From the IMG/VR virus record IMGVR_UViG_3300038443_001477, positions 8,594 through 72,593 of that record: DNA of 64,000 nucleotides; one strand, given 5' to 3'. The translations under genes and the position numbers were made by a program. Positions 16,815-24,962 of this stretch are shown piece by piece; position 1 is the first letter of the stretch, and every line of letters starts with the position of its first letter. The notes below the pieces were generated by a model. That model worked only from the letters and a program-made list of their open reading frames with translations. It searched no databases and was not told the origin of the DNA. The DNA is from a virus (lineage: Duplodnaviria > Caudoviricetes).

Positions 16815-19147
16815 GCGAAAGACTCCTCGAAAATCAAGGACGGCGCGTACATCGGCACCTCGCGGGGCAGGCCCGGGTCGATGTCGCAGGTGTCGTGCAG
16901 GTTGCCGCCCAGTGCGGTGAAGCCGTAGCGCAGCTTCCCGGGCAGTGCGTTGGTGAGCGTGATCCGCACGCGGCGCGACTTCGGGCCCACCAGCGCCACC
17001 GAGACGATCGGGTTGTCGGTCACGCCATCGGTGCCGACCACCGAGAAGCCCTGGTTCGCGACCTGATCGAAGAAGGTCGTGGAGAAGGCGAGGGGGTAGC
17101 CCGTATCGGGCCACTCCGCCTCCACGACCTTGCCGGTGCGGATGATGCGCTGCGGGTACATCGTCGGCCACGTCGTCTGCCGCTCGTTGACCATCCGCTT
17201 CGCGGCGAGGCCGTAGTAGGCGCCGATGTGCGGGTAGCCCGTGCCGGCGCAGTGCACGTTCGTCGCGTCGAAGTGCTCGGCGATGTAGGTCGCCGTCGCG
17301 AGGATGTAGTTGGGGTTGGCCTTCGCCATATCCAACTGCGCGAGCGCCACGTTGGTACTCGTCGCGGTCGGCGCCCCCAGCAGCGTGCACTGGTAGCCGA
17401 TCATCTTGATGTCATGGGCCTGCCCCGTGATCGCCTTGATGTCGGTGTTCAGGTCGGTGTAGAGCTGTTGCAGCAGCGCGAGGTAGGTTGCGCGCGAGGT
17501 GCCGTCCTGGGCATCACGCTCACCATGGGACCAGTAGATGACATCGACCGCGAAGGTCACGCCGAGATCCTGGGCGCGGGCGAGGCCGTAGGTGACGTCC
17601 GCGATCAGGTTGGTGTAGCCGGGCGTGCCTTTGCTCAGGCCCGCGATAGCGGTGTTGGAGACGCCCGGCGCCGAGCCCAAGAGCTGGTACTGGAAGTCGG
17701 TGTAGTTGATGCCGTCCTCGTCGCGGAGGAGCCGCTTCTGCATGCGGAAGGCGTTGCCCAGCGAGGTCTCGCCGTTGCCGGTCGGGGTGCTGCCCGACAC
17801 GGGGCGCTCCTCGTAGGCGATCAGCGAGGCGTGATTCTGGTCAGCGGTGCCCGTACCCTCCTGTGCTCGCGGGCCCGCCCAGGCGGTGCCGTTGGCGTTG
17901 AACATCAGGCAGTCGAAGAAGCCGTCGCCCTGGTTGGAGAGCGTATTAAGCGTGCCGGCCTGCCCCAGCGAGAGCGATTGCCCGTAGATGATCTGCATCA
18001 CCAGGGCAGCACTGAAGAAGAGGTTCTTCGTGCGCAGCCGGCGCTGCAGATCGTACTTCTGGTAGCCCAGTGCCACGTCCGCGTCCAGGCTGGCGAACTT
18101 GTGCACGCCCGCGCTGACCGTCATGGAGGCGTTGCCGTTGCCGTCCTGGACGGCATAGTCGACGCCCGCCAGAGGCCGCGCAGCGAGCGGCGTGGTCACA
18201 GCGGTCGTCGGAATCGGGCCCACGCCCGCCATCGCCGTCGCGACACCGGCGACGTTCTGGTAGGCGAGGAGCGAGAGGCCATCCGCCGACTGCACCCAGT
18301 AGCCCTTGTCGGCCCCAGGCAGAAAGGAGGGCGTCAGGGCCACCGCGGCGCCCGTCAGGCCTGCGCTGGCCGCGAAGCTGGCGGTCGGGGCGGTGACCGC
18401 GGCTCCGATGGCGAGGCCGCTATCGGTGATGGTCACAGCGGTCAGGACATTGCCCGCCACAGTGAAGGTGCCCGTCGGATAGACCAGCCACCCCGAGCCG
18501 CCGGAGAGGGCGAGGGCGAAGGTGCCGTTGGTGCCGCCTGCGCCGGGGGTGATAGCGCCGACACCCGACTGCTGCAACACCTTCGGGACATTGCTCGCAG
18601 CGGAATTCGGGAACGCCTTCGACACCGAGCTCGCAAGCCCGACGCTGCCGAGCGCTGCATTGGCGCCCGCAAGTGCGGTGTTGAAGCTCAGGGTGCCCGC
18701 CGCGTAGTCGGCCTCGGCCTGCGCCGTCGCGGCTTGGCCGCTCGCCAGGAGGTCGCGCAGCCGCTTCGCCTGCCCGATGGCAAAGAACATATCCGCGTCG
18801 CTCAGGGGAGGGGCGACGAAGATGATGTCCTCCAGCAGGCAGTCCTGGTCGGGGACGAAGGCCTGGACGAATTGCCCGCTGGCCGGGAAGACATGCGCGC
18901 CGAGGGAGTCGAAGATGTCGACTTGGTAGCGCGTGCCTTGGGTGCCCAGGGCGTTCGGGAAGACGAAGATGTTGCCGAGGCCGTTGGCGTCGCAGGCGAG
19001 GTTGGTCGGCCCTGCGGGCACGGTGCCGCCGGTGTCGACCGTGTAGACGTCGTCGCGCAGCAGCGTCAGGCGGAGGGTGCCATTGGGCACAGTGGTGCCG
19101 ACGACCTCGAACAGGTTGACGGCGACCTTCCTGGTTGGAATCGTCAT
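16811..19147 (-). CDS. Spike/fibre protein with C-terminal SGNH (acetylesterase-like) domain
   Basis: Fibre-like N-terminal domain and Gly/Ala/Thr-rich stalk, then IYGQSLSLG (catalytic Ser block), YWSHGERD and D-x-x-x-x-H (DATNVH). Confidence 0.7.
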   Translation of the reverse strand: MTIPTRKVAVNLFEVVGTTVPNGTLRLTLLRDDVYTVDTGGTVPAGPTNLACDANGLGNIFVFPNALGTQGTRYQVDIFDSLGAHVFPASGQFVQAFVPDQDCLLEDIIFVAPPLSDADMFFAIGQAKRLRDLLASGQAATAQAEADYAAGTLSFNTALAGANAALGSVGLASSVSKAFPNSAASNVPKVLQQSGVGAITPGAGGTNGTFALALSGGSGWLVYPTGTFTVAGNVLTAVTITDSGLAIGAAVTAPTASFAASAGLTGAAVALTPSFLPGADKGYWVQSADGLSLLAYQNVAGVATAMAGVGPIPTTAVTTPLAARPLAGVDYAVQDGNGNASMTVSAGVHKFASLDADVALGYQKYDLQRRLRTKNLFFSAALVMQIIYGQSLSLGQAGTLNTLSNQGDGFFDCLMFNANGTAWAGPRAQEGTGTADQNHASLIAYEERPVSGSTPTGNGETSLGNAFRMQKRLLRDEDGINYTDFQYQLLGSAPGVSNTAIAGLSKGTPGYTNLIADVTYGLARAQDLGVTFAVDVIYWSHGERDAQDGTSRATYLALLQQLYTDLNTDIKAITGQAHDIKMIGYQCTLLGAPTATSTNVALAQLDMAKANPNYILATATYIAEHFDATNVHCAGTGYPHIGAYYGLAAKRMVNERQTTWPTMYPQRIIRTGKVVEAEWPDTGYPLAFSTTFFDQVANQGFSVVGTDGVTDNPIVSVALVGPKSRRVRITLTNALPGKLRYGFTALGGNLHDTCDIDPGLPREVPMYAPSLIFEESFA

Positions 19148-19170
19148 GTCTTAATGCCTTCTTCTGGGAT

Positions 19171-19518
19171 TCAGGTGGTCGGGCCCTGCGGCGCCATGCG
19201 CGCGTAGAAGCCTTGGCCGTCGGAGAGCAGGAGGAAGATGGAACCGGGGCGCTGGAAGACTGGCCGCCAGCAGGCCGGGGTGGGCTCGCCCGCCACATCG
19301 ACGATCGCAGCCTTGAAGAGCGGGCGCAGATCCTCCGGGATGCGCTCAGCCACCTCCGGGGCTTGGCAGGGCTCCATGGAGAGCTGCACGCGCACGCGAT
19401 CCCCCTCCTTCATCTCCGAGTGCACGGGGGCGCTCAGGCCGAAGACCAGGAGCAGCGCGAAGGCCAGCATCAGCAGGAAGGCGAGGGGGCCGGGGTACTT
19501 TTGGATGAAGCGCCGCAT
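19171..19518 (-). CDS. Exported hypothetical protein
   Basis: Basic N-terminus, hydrophobic core and APVHS cleavage-like site; two Cys; GGAG RBS. Confidence 0.5.
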   Translation of the reverse strand: MRRFIQKYPGPLAFLLMLAFALLLVFGLSAPVHSEMKEGDRVRVQLSMEPCQAPEVAERIPEDLRPLFKAAIVDVAGEPTPACWRPVFQRPGSIFLLLSDGQGFYARMAPQGPTT

Positions 19519-19530
19519 GTTCGTATCTCC

Positions 19531-20292
19531 TCAAAGGTTGAAGTCGGGAAGCACGGGGTCAGGGAAGCAGCGGCAGTTGGGGCCGCAGCCGGCGTGATAG
19601 GGCGCGAGGCCCTTGTCTGTCTGAGGCGGATCGTCCCAGCGGACATACTTGCCGTTCTGGGCCTTGTGTGTGGGCCGAACCGCGCCGTCCTCGCTGGTGC
19701 GCCAGATGTAGCCCTCGCTGCCCGCGTACATGGCGCGGGCCTGCGTGAAGCTGGAGGCCGCGCGGGCGACCTCTGTGCGCGCGATGAGCGTTGCCCTGGA
19801 GGCTGTCACCTTGCCGCTGGCCCGGATCATCTTGGCGATCTCGTCCGCGCGTCTCGAGTCGACGAGGCCCTCCTGCACCAGCGCGTGGACGCGTTGCGCC
19901 GCCTTCCTGGGCAAGGACTGGATCAACTCCACCTGCTGCGACATGAGCGCCTGGAACACCATGCCCGTCGGCGCCTGCTCAATCTCCGCGCGCAGCGAGC
20001 GCCCCATGTCCTTGCTCAGACGCTTCCACGCCTGGAGGTTGCGACGCTCGACATCCGCCAGCATGTAGCGGCTCACGCTCTCGGCCCAGGGTCGGAGTTG
20101 CTCCGCGTAGCGTTCGAGCGTGTGCCGGATGTAGCGCTCCGCGCCCTGATCGACAAAGCCGTCGTGTGCGAAGCCTTCGATGATGTTCTGCACCGCCCTC
20201 GCAACGCTGCGGAGCCGGGCCGCGTAGGAGCGTTCGGCCACGCGAGCATCCTCCCACCGGCTCCGCTTCCCGGTGCGGTCTAGTCGCGCCAT
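19531..20292 (-). CDS. Head morphogenesis protein (Mu gpF / SPP1 gp7 family)
   Basis: RATLIARTEVARA, YIWRTSEDGAVRPTH and GPNCRC motifs; follows the portal gene. Confidence 0.88.
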   Translation of the reverse strand: MARLDRTGKRSRWEDARVAERSYAARLRSVARAVQNIIEGFAHDGFVDQGAERYIRHTLERYAEQLRPWAESVSRYMLADVERRNLQAWKRLSKDMGRSLRAEIEQAPTGMVFQALMSQQVELIQSLPRKAAQRVHALVQEGLVDSRRADEIAKMIRASGKVTASRATLIARTEVARAASSFTQARAMYAGSEGYIWRTSEDGAVRPTHKAQNGKYVRWDDPPQTDKGLAPYHAGCGPNCRCFPDPVLPDFNL

Positions 20293-20301
20293 GGCTCCTC
20301 C

Positions 20302-21942
20302 TTACTTGACGAGGGGCTTGCGCTGTTGCTTGCCCTTCTCTTTCGCCAGCCGCTCCGCGTGTTGGCGGCCCTTGTCGGCCTCCTTGGCGGCGTGCTCGCG
20401 GGCCTTGTCGGCTTCGCTGGCCTGATGCTCCCGGTCGGCGTCGGCCTGATCGGCTTCGTGCTCCAGGCCCATCTCCATCTCCGCCATCGGCGCCATGACC
20501 TCGTCGTCGGCCTCTTCGATGGCCTCGTCGGTGATGTTGGTGAAGACGCCTGTCAGACGGCCCACCTGACGCAGCTCCCGGAGGCTGGTCTGGCGCCCGA
20601 TGAGGCCGTTCTCGTAGGCCCCACCGATGGCATCGCCAACCGTCTTCGCGACGTTCGCCTTCTCCTCGGGCTTCATCTGCCAGAGCGAGGCGAAAGCCAA
20701 CTCGAAGTCGTCACTCAGCGTGATCCCCTCGCTTGCCGCGATGCACCGGTAGGTCGTCGTGACGCCTGTGTGCATCTCGGCGTTCTGGTCCTGGCTGATG
20801 CCGTCGTAGTAATTCCGCATGTCGCTCTCGCCGGTGCTATTCAGGCCGGCCGGGCTCTGCCCGAGGAGGCGCGTCAGCGGGATCTGGAGCGCGCCGCTGA
20901 GTTGCATGGCGAACTGCATCAGGATGTCGTCGAGGCCCGAGAAGGTGCCGGCGCTGCCTTGCACATCGAGTTCGTCGGAGGCGTCGATCAGCGAGAGGCC
21001 CTCGATGTTCTGGAAGCGCCGCATGTTCTCGGTGTAGGCGACGAGGCCCTGGAGAGCAGCGCCGCCGGCCGCCACGATGTCACGGAGGCCCTCCACCTTG
21101 AGCGTGCGCAGGAAGGCCTTGTAGACCAGTTGCGCGGCGCCGCTGCTGGCGCTGTCGTAGGAGAGCATGCGGTCGTTGATGCGCTCCAGAACGCTCTCGC
21201 CCCAGAGGTTCTCCGTGAGGGCTTGGTTGTAGGGGAGCTGGATGCCGATGTGACGCAAGGCGATGCGGCTATAGTGGATGACCGCGCCACGCAGGGCGGG
21301 CGCATTGACATGCACCTTGTAATACTTCGGCAGCCCCAGATCCGGGCCGAGGTCGGTGACCAGATCGGTGAGGTCGGGCTCCAGCATCCAGCGGTCGAGG
21401 ACCAGCAGCCCCTTGTACTGGCCCGCCCCGATCGTCTCCGTGCGGAGCGGGGTGCGGAAGTCCTGGCCCTCCACCATGTGCACAGCGATGCCTCCCCCGT
21501 AGAGGCGCCCCCACTTGATCGCCTCCGCCAGCTTCGGCCAGATAGCGAGCTTGGTGGCGCATTGCTCCATGCAGGCGGCGTCCTCTGGGGCGAGCTCCGT
21601 GACAAACTCCACCCCGGCTCGCGTCATGTCCTCGGCGACGCAGTCGATGGCGGCGCCCGCCAGCCAGGAGCCGCGGTACATCCATTCCAGCAACTGCCTG
21701 TTGCGCGTGATGGGGTTGAAGCCGTAGCTCGCGGTCGTCAGCGGGTTGTCGGCGCCGACCCCCATCTTGTGCGCGAGGTTGATGAAGTTATCCATCGTCA
21801 CCGGGGCGACGAGGGGCTGGCCGCTGGTGGGGCTCTTGCTCGCCTTGACGCCCGGCTTCGGGCTGGGGAAGGCCGCAGCCCTGGCCTTGGCGTCATCACG
21901 CGTCGCCTGACGCGCCAACGCCTTTACTGAGGTCTTCCTCAT
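20302..21942 (-). CDS. Portal protein (DUF1073-like)
   Basis: MYRGSWLAGAAIDCVAEDMTR, IPLTRLLGQSPAGLNSTGESDMRNYYD and FASLWQM motifs. Confidence 0.88.
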   Translation of the reverse strand: MRKTSVKALARQATRDDAKARAAAFPSPKPGVKASKSPTSGQPLVAPVTMDNFINLAHKMGVGADNPLTTASYGFNPITRNRQLLEWMYRGSWLAGAAIDCVAEDMTRAGVEFVTELAPEDAACMEQCATKLAIWPKLAEAIKWGRLYGGGIAVHMVEGQDFRTPLRTETIGAGQYKGLLVLDRWMLEPDLTDLVTDLGPDLGLPKYYKVHVNAPALRGAVIHYSRIALRHIGIQLPYNQALTENLWGESVLERINDRMLSYDSASSGAAQLVYKAFLRTLKVEGLRDIVAAGGAALQGLVAYTENMRRFQNIEGLSLIDASDELDVQGSAGTFSGLDDILMQFAMQLSGALQIPLTRLLGQSPAGLNSTGESDMRNYYDGISQDQNAEMHTGVTTTYRCIAASEGITLSDDFELAFASLWQMKPEEKANVAKTVGDAIGGAYENGLIGRQTSLRELRQVGRLTGVFTNITDEAIEEADDEVMAPMAEMEMGLEHEADQADADREHQASEADKAREHAAKEADKGRQHAERLAKEKGKQQRKPLVK

Positions 21943-21952
21943 GCTGTGCTCC

Positions 21953-21979
21953 AAAAGAAAAAGCCGCCCGAGGGCGGCT
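21953..21979 (-). terminator. Intrinsic terminator-like hairpin upstream of the portal gene
   Basis: AGCCGCC-CUCG-GGCGGCU followed by UUUUCUUUU. Confidence 0.7.
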
Positions 21980-22005
21980 GGTGGCGAAGAAGCGGAGAAG
22001 GGCTT

Positions 22006-22320
22006 TTACGCGTCCTTCCCGAACTTCTGCTTGTGCGCCTTCTCCAAGGCGTCCAGCTCGCGCTCGGTCTTGAAGACGTCGGCGCGGTGGTTGTGGTAGT
22101 GGACGGGGGAGACCTTCTTCGCCCGCATGTTCTCCACCAGCTTGCGTAGCTTCTTGATCTTCGCCGCGCTGGCGGCTTCCTCGCCACCTTCGCCAGAGGA
22201 GGAGGAGGAGGAGCCACCCGAGCCGAACTTGCCATCAGGGGCGCGCGGGTGCTTGCTCTCCTGCCAGTTATCGCTGGTGGCGGCGGAGTGGTGGATGTGG
22301 ACGTGGATGTCGCGACGCAT
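22006..22320 (-). CDS. Small putative internal head protein
   Basis: MRRDIHVHIHH...WQESKHPRAPDGKFG, poly-Ser linker and basic helical tail; GGAAAC-type RBS. Confidence 0.65.
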   Translation of the reverse strand: MRRDIHVHIHHSAATSDNWQESKHPRAPDGKFGSGGSSSSSSGEGGEEAASAAKIKKLRKLVENMRAKKVSPVHYHNHRADVFKTERELDALEKAHKQKFGKDA

Positions 22321-22359
22321 GTTTCGTTTCCTTTCCTTTTATGGGAGCACGCCCCAATG

Positions 22360-22728
22360 CTAAACCGTAGCGGGCTGCACCAGCTTGAGCCCCAAGGCTG
22401 CGAGAGCCTGCACCTCTTGCCCTTGCGCGTCGGCGCGGATCGTGACGGCCGCGTAGAGCGCCTGGATCTGCGCCAGCGTGATGGTGCTGCCGCCCGCCGC
22501 CTGGTAGGCGGCAAACGTCGCGGCGGCGTCTCCCAGCAGCGCGGCGAGCTGGGAGTCGACCATGCCGGTACTGACCCAGTGCGTCGGAGCGCCCGTGCCG
22601 GTCGCGCTGAGGCCGGTCAGCCAGAGGCCGTCGGCCGCTCCCTGCGGGGAGACCTGGAGCGCCAGGGCGCGGGCCGTGGCCTTCTGGGAGTCGGGCACGA
22701 CCATGAAGCGGTGAATCATTGCGGTCAT
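22360..22728 (-). CDS. Hypothetical protein (third gene of a virion accessory cassette)
   Basis: Start MTAMIHRF at 22728 overlaps the stop of the upstream gene; 122 aa. Confidence 0.6.
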   Translation of the reverse strand: MTAMIHRFMVVPDSQKATARALALQVSPQGAADGLWLTGLSATGTGAPTHWVSTGMVDSQLAALLGDAAATFAAYQAAGGSTITLAQIQALYAAVTIRADAQGQEVQALAALGLKLVQPATV

Positions 22729-23927
22729 AGCGCGATCCCCATGCGAGAGCCCACGAAGCGCTCGACGCGGGCTCGCGTGGCTGCGTCCGTGGCAGCGCCG
22801 CGCCCGAGCAATTGGTAGGTGCGGCCGTTGAAGGGGATCGTGTTGTTTCCCCGCTTGAACGCGTTGAGTGGTTGCGCTGCGAAGTTGCCCGTGCCCTGAG
22901 ACAGGGAGTTTGACGCCGCGAGGGCTCCATTCACGTACAGGCTCATCGACGGCGCCGCGATGTCGGATGCGCCCGTCAGCACGTTGAAGATCGGGGCCGG
23001 GAAGCTGGCCGCCGACTGCGCGCCGCCGCCCGGGGTCGTGCCACCGCTGCGCCACTGGTAGTTTCCAGAGCCGGCCGTCACTGGCGCGAACATGCCGAAG
23101 GTGCCCGGCGTCGTGGCGCTTGTTGAAGAAAGCTCCAGAAGCGCGGCGGCCGTCACATCCGAGGCTTTCATGATTCCAGCCCACACGGTCATTTGAGCCG
23201 TGCCGCTGAAGTCCACGTTGCCAGTCGTCGCCATGCCGTCGTCAGTGCCGTCCGTGGACCAGTACATGAAGCCGTTGGCGTCCACCTGGAGGATCGGCCG
23301 ACTCGTCGTCGTGCCCTGCGTGAGGTGGTTGCCGAAAATCTGCATCACAGACAGGTTGTCGACGACGAAGGTCTCCCCGTTCAGCGCGCCCGGCATGAGG
23401 AACGAGAGCGGCGTGGAGCCGCCACGAGTGGCGAGGAACTTCTTGCCGGTTCCTACCGAGCCGATGACGTTAGTGGCAACGCATGTCACGTTGACGCTAC
23501 GCGAGGCGGAAATGAGGTCGTAGACGGCCTCATAGACGTCCGCAGAAGTCCCGCCGACAGCATTGGCGGAATGGGAGGCCTGTGCATTGCCGACCCCGTT
23601 AGCGGTTACCACCAATTGCCCGTTGACCACGGCACCCGTGCAGTTCGTGAAGGTCCACGCGCTCAAGTCGGCGGTATCGAAGCCTCCGTTGACGATCTTC
23701 TGCGGGCCCCGCGTCAGCCCGAGGTGCTTGTCCAGCACGAGGCCCACGGCCTGCCCCACAGCCGTCACCGGCGTCGTGCCCAGGCTATCTTGGAACTGCG
23801 TGCTCAGATCGGCGGGGTCGTACCAGAAGCCCTGCTCGCCCGCGCCCCAGAGCAGCAGCAGTATGGAGCCCCGGCGGCCCGCGCGCTGGTGGGGCGGCGC
23901 GACCGGGGACCGCGTGACGGCGGCCAT
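22725..23927 (-). CDS. LamG/carbohydrate-binding-like virion protein
   Basis: WYDPADLSTQFQD...PVTAVGQAVGLVLDK start, an internal NGGFD CBM-like insert and a DGTDDGM...LamG-like C-terminus. Confidence 0.55.
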   Translation of the reverse strand: MAAVTRSPVAPPHQRAGRRGSILLLLWGAGEQGFWYDPADLSTQFQDSLGTTPVTAVGQAVGLVLDKHLGLTRGPQKIVNGGFDTADLSAWTFTNCTGAVVNGQLVVTANGVGNAQASHSANAVGGTSADVYEAVYDLISASRSVNVTCVATNVIGSVGTGKKFLATRGGSTPLSFLMPGALNGETFVVDNLSVMQIFGNHLTQGTTTSRPILQVDANGFMYWSTDGTDDGMATTGNVDFSGTAQMTVWAGIMKASDVTAAALLELSSTSATTPGTFGMFAPVTAGSGNYQWRSGGTTPGGGAQSAASFPAPIFNVLTGASDIAAPSMSLYVNGALAASNSLSQGTGNFAAQPLNAFKRGNNTIPFNGRTYQLLGRGAATDAATRARVERFVGSRMGIAL

Positions 23928-24211
23928 CAGCTCTTGTCCACGCCCGCGATGCCGACGCTGGCCCGCCGGATGACGCGAAAGGTGCCGGGGCCGATGATGT
24001 TCTGCGCGGGCGTCAGCACGTTCATGCGCGCGCCCGGGATGCCGATGTAGTCGCCGCCGCTGGTCTTGATCTGCACATCCGCGACCGCGTCTGCGGGGAG
24101 CGCGCCCTGGCCCGTGGCGGGCTTGAGGTTGACCGTGGCGCTGGCGCCGTCGGCGAGGATGATGTCGGCGCCAGCGGTCTCCGCGGTGCCGGGGGCGAGG
24201 TATTCAGCCAT
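23927..24211 (-). CDS. Small beta-rich virion protein
   Basis: Start MAEYLAPG at 24211; 94 aa, coupled to the next gene. Confidence 0.55.
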   Translation of the reverse strand: MAEYLAPGTAETAGADIILADGASATVNLKPATGQGALPADAVADVQIKTSGGDYIGIPGARMNVLTPAQNIIGPGTFRVIRRASVGIAGVDKS

Positions 24212-24246
24212 GTCTGGGATCTCCCAACTGAGAGGGGGTTGATAGG

Positions 24247-24519
24247 TTAGAGGCCGCGCTCCTCGCGCTCCTTCTCCTGGAGCCACTCAAGGAGGCGCGT
24301 CTTGTAGGCGTAGCAGTGCGGGAAGTCGCCGGGCGGGCATCTGACGGCCTCCACACGCGCGATTGCCTGGGAGGGGCTATCGGAGGCCCTCCCGGCGAAG
24401 AAGAGCCGCTCGCAGAGCGTTCTGTTCTCCCTCCAGGCCTTGCCCTTGGCCGGATGCGGGTAGGGCCAGGGCGCCACTAACGCGTCACCCAGAAAAAGAG
24501 CAACAGCCAGAGCGGCCAC
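24247..24519 (-). CDS. Hypothetical protein
   Basis: 90 aa ORF in the co-oriented cluster; the start is uncertain. Confidence 0.4.
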   Translation of the reverse strand: MAALAVALFLGDALVAPWPYPHPAKGKAWRENRTLCERLFFAGRASDSPSQAIARVEAVRCPPGDFPHCYAYKTRLLEWLQEKEREERGL

Positions 24520-24650
24520 AGGACGACCAGCATCACGCGCTTTGTCCAGCGGCCGACAGGCGGATGCCGGGCAAGGCCTGGGGTCGTGCGGATCACAATC
24601 AGCGCGCCCAGGAGCAGGTAGAGGAGGAAGAGGATCAGCGTGACCGACAT
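24477..24650 (-). CDS. Small two-TM membrane protein (57 aa, absent from the ORF track)
   Basis: MSVTLILFLLYLLLGALIVIRTTPGLARHPPVGRWTKRVMLVVLWPLWLLLFFWVTR, read manually; follows the 24655 ORF stop. Confidence 0.55.
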   Translation of the reverse strand: MSVTLILFLLYLLLGALIVIRTTPGLARHPPVGRWTKRVMLVVLWPLWLLLFFWVTR

Positions 24651-24654
24651 GGCC

Positions 24655-24933
24655 CTAGCCCTCCTTCCTGGCGGCGCGCTTCTTCCGCCGCACGATGAAG
24701 CGCATGGAGTTGGTGGGGAAGAGGCCGCGCAAGCCGTTGGGCGTGTAGAGCATCTCGGCTCCGCTGGCCTGGACCTTCTTCACCGCCTCGCTCTGAGCCC
24801 TCAGGAGGAGGGCCTGGGCCTCGTCCTTGGTGGCCGGGTCGCTGGCGAGGGCCTCCACCTTCCTCAGATACTCAGCGCGCTCCTCCGCTGATGCCGGCCT
24901 CGGGTCGCCCTCGTGGCTGCTTTGCATTTCCAT
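24655..24933 (-). CDS. Hypothetical protein
   Basis: 92 aa just downstream of terL with a GAGAG RBS. Confidence 0.55.
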   Translation of the reverse strand: MEMQSSHEGDPRPASAEERAEYLRKVEALASDPATKDEAQALLLRAQSEAVKKVQASGAEMLYTPNGLRGLFPTNSMRFIVRRKKRAARKEG

Positions 24934-24962
24934 GTTGTCGCTCTCCTATGAAATAGGTAACG

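Noticed and set aside
8665-24050. Many long plus-strand ORFs opposite the structural genes (e.g. 10797-12593, 12257-13903, 16895-19207, 20326-21930)
   Set aside because: These are antisense shadows of GC-rich, codon-biased genes, with no recognisable motifs or RBS.
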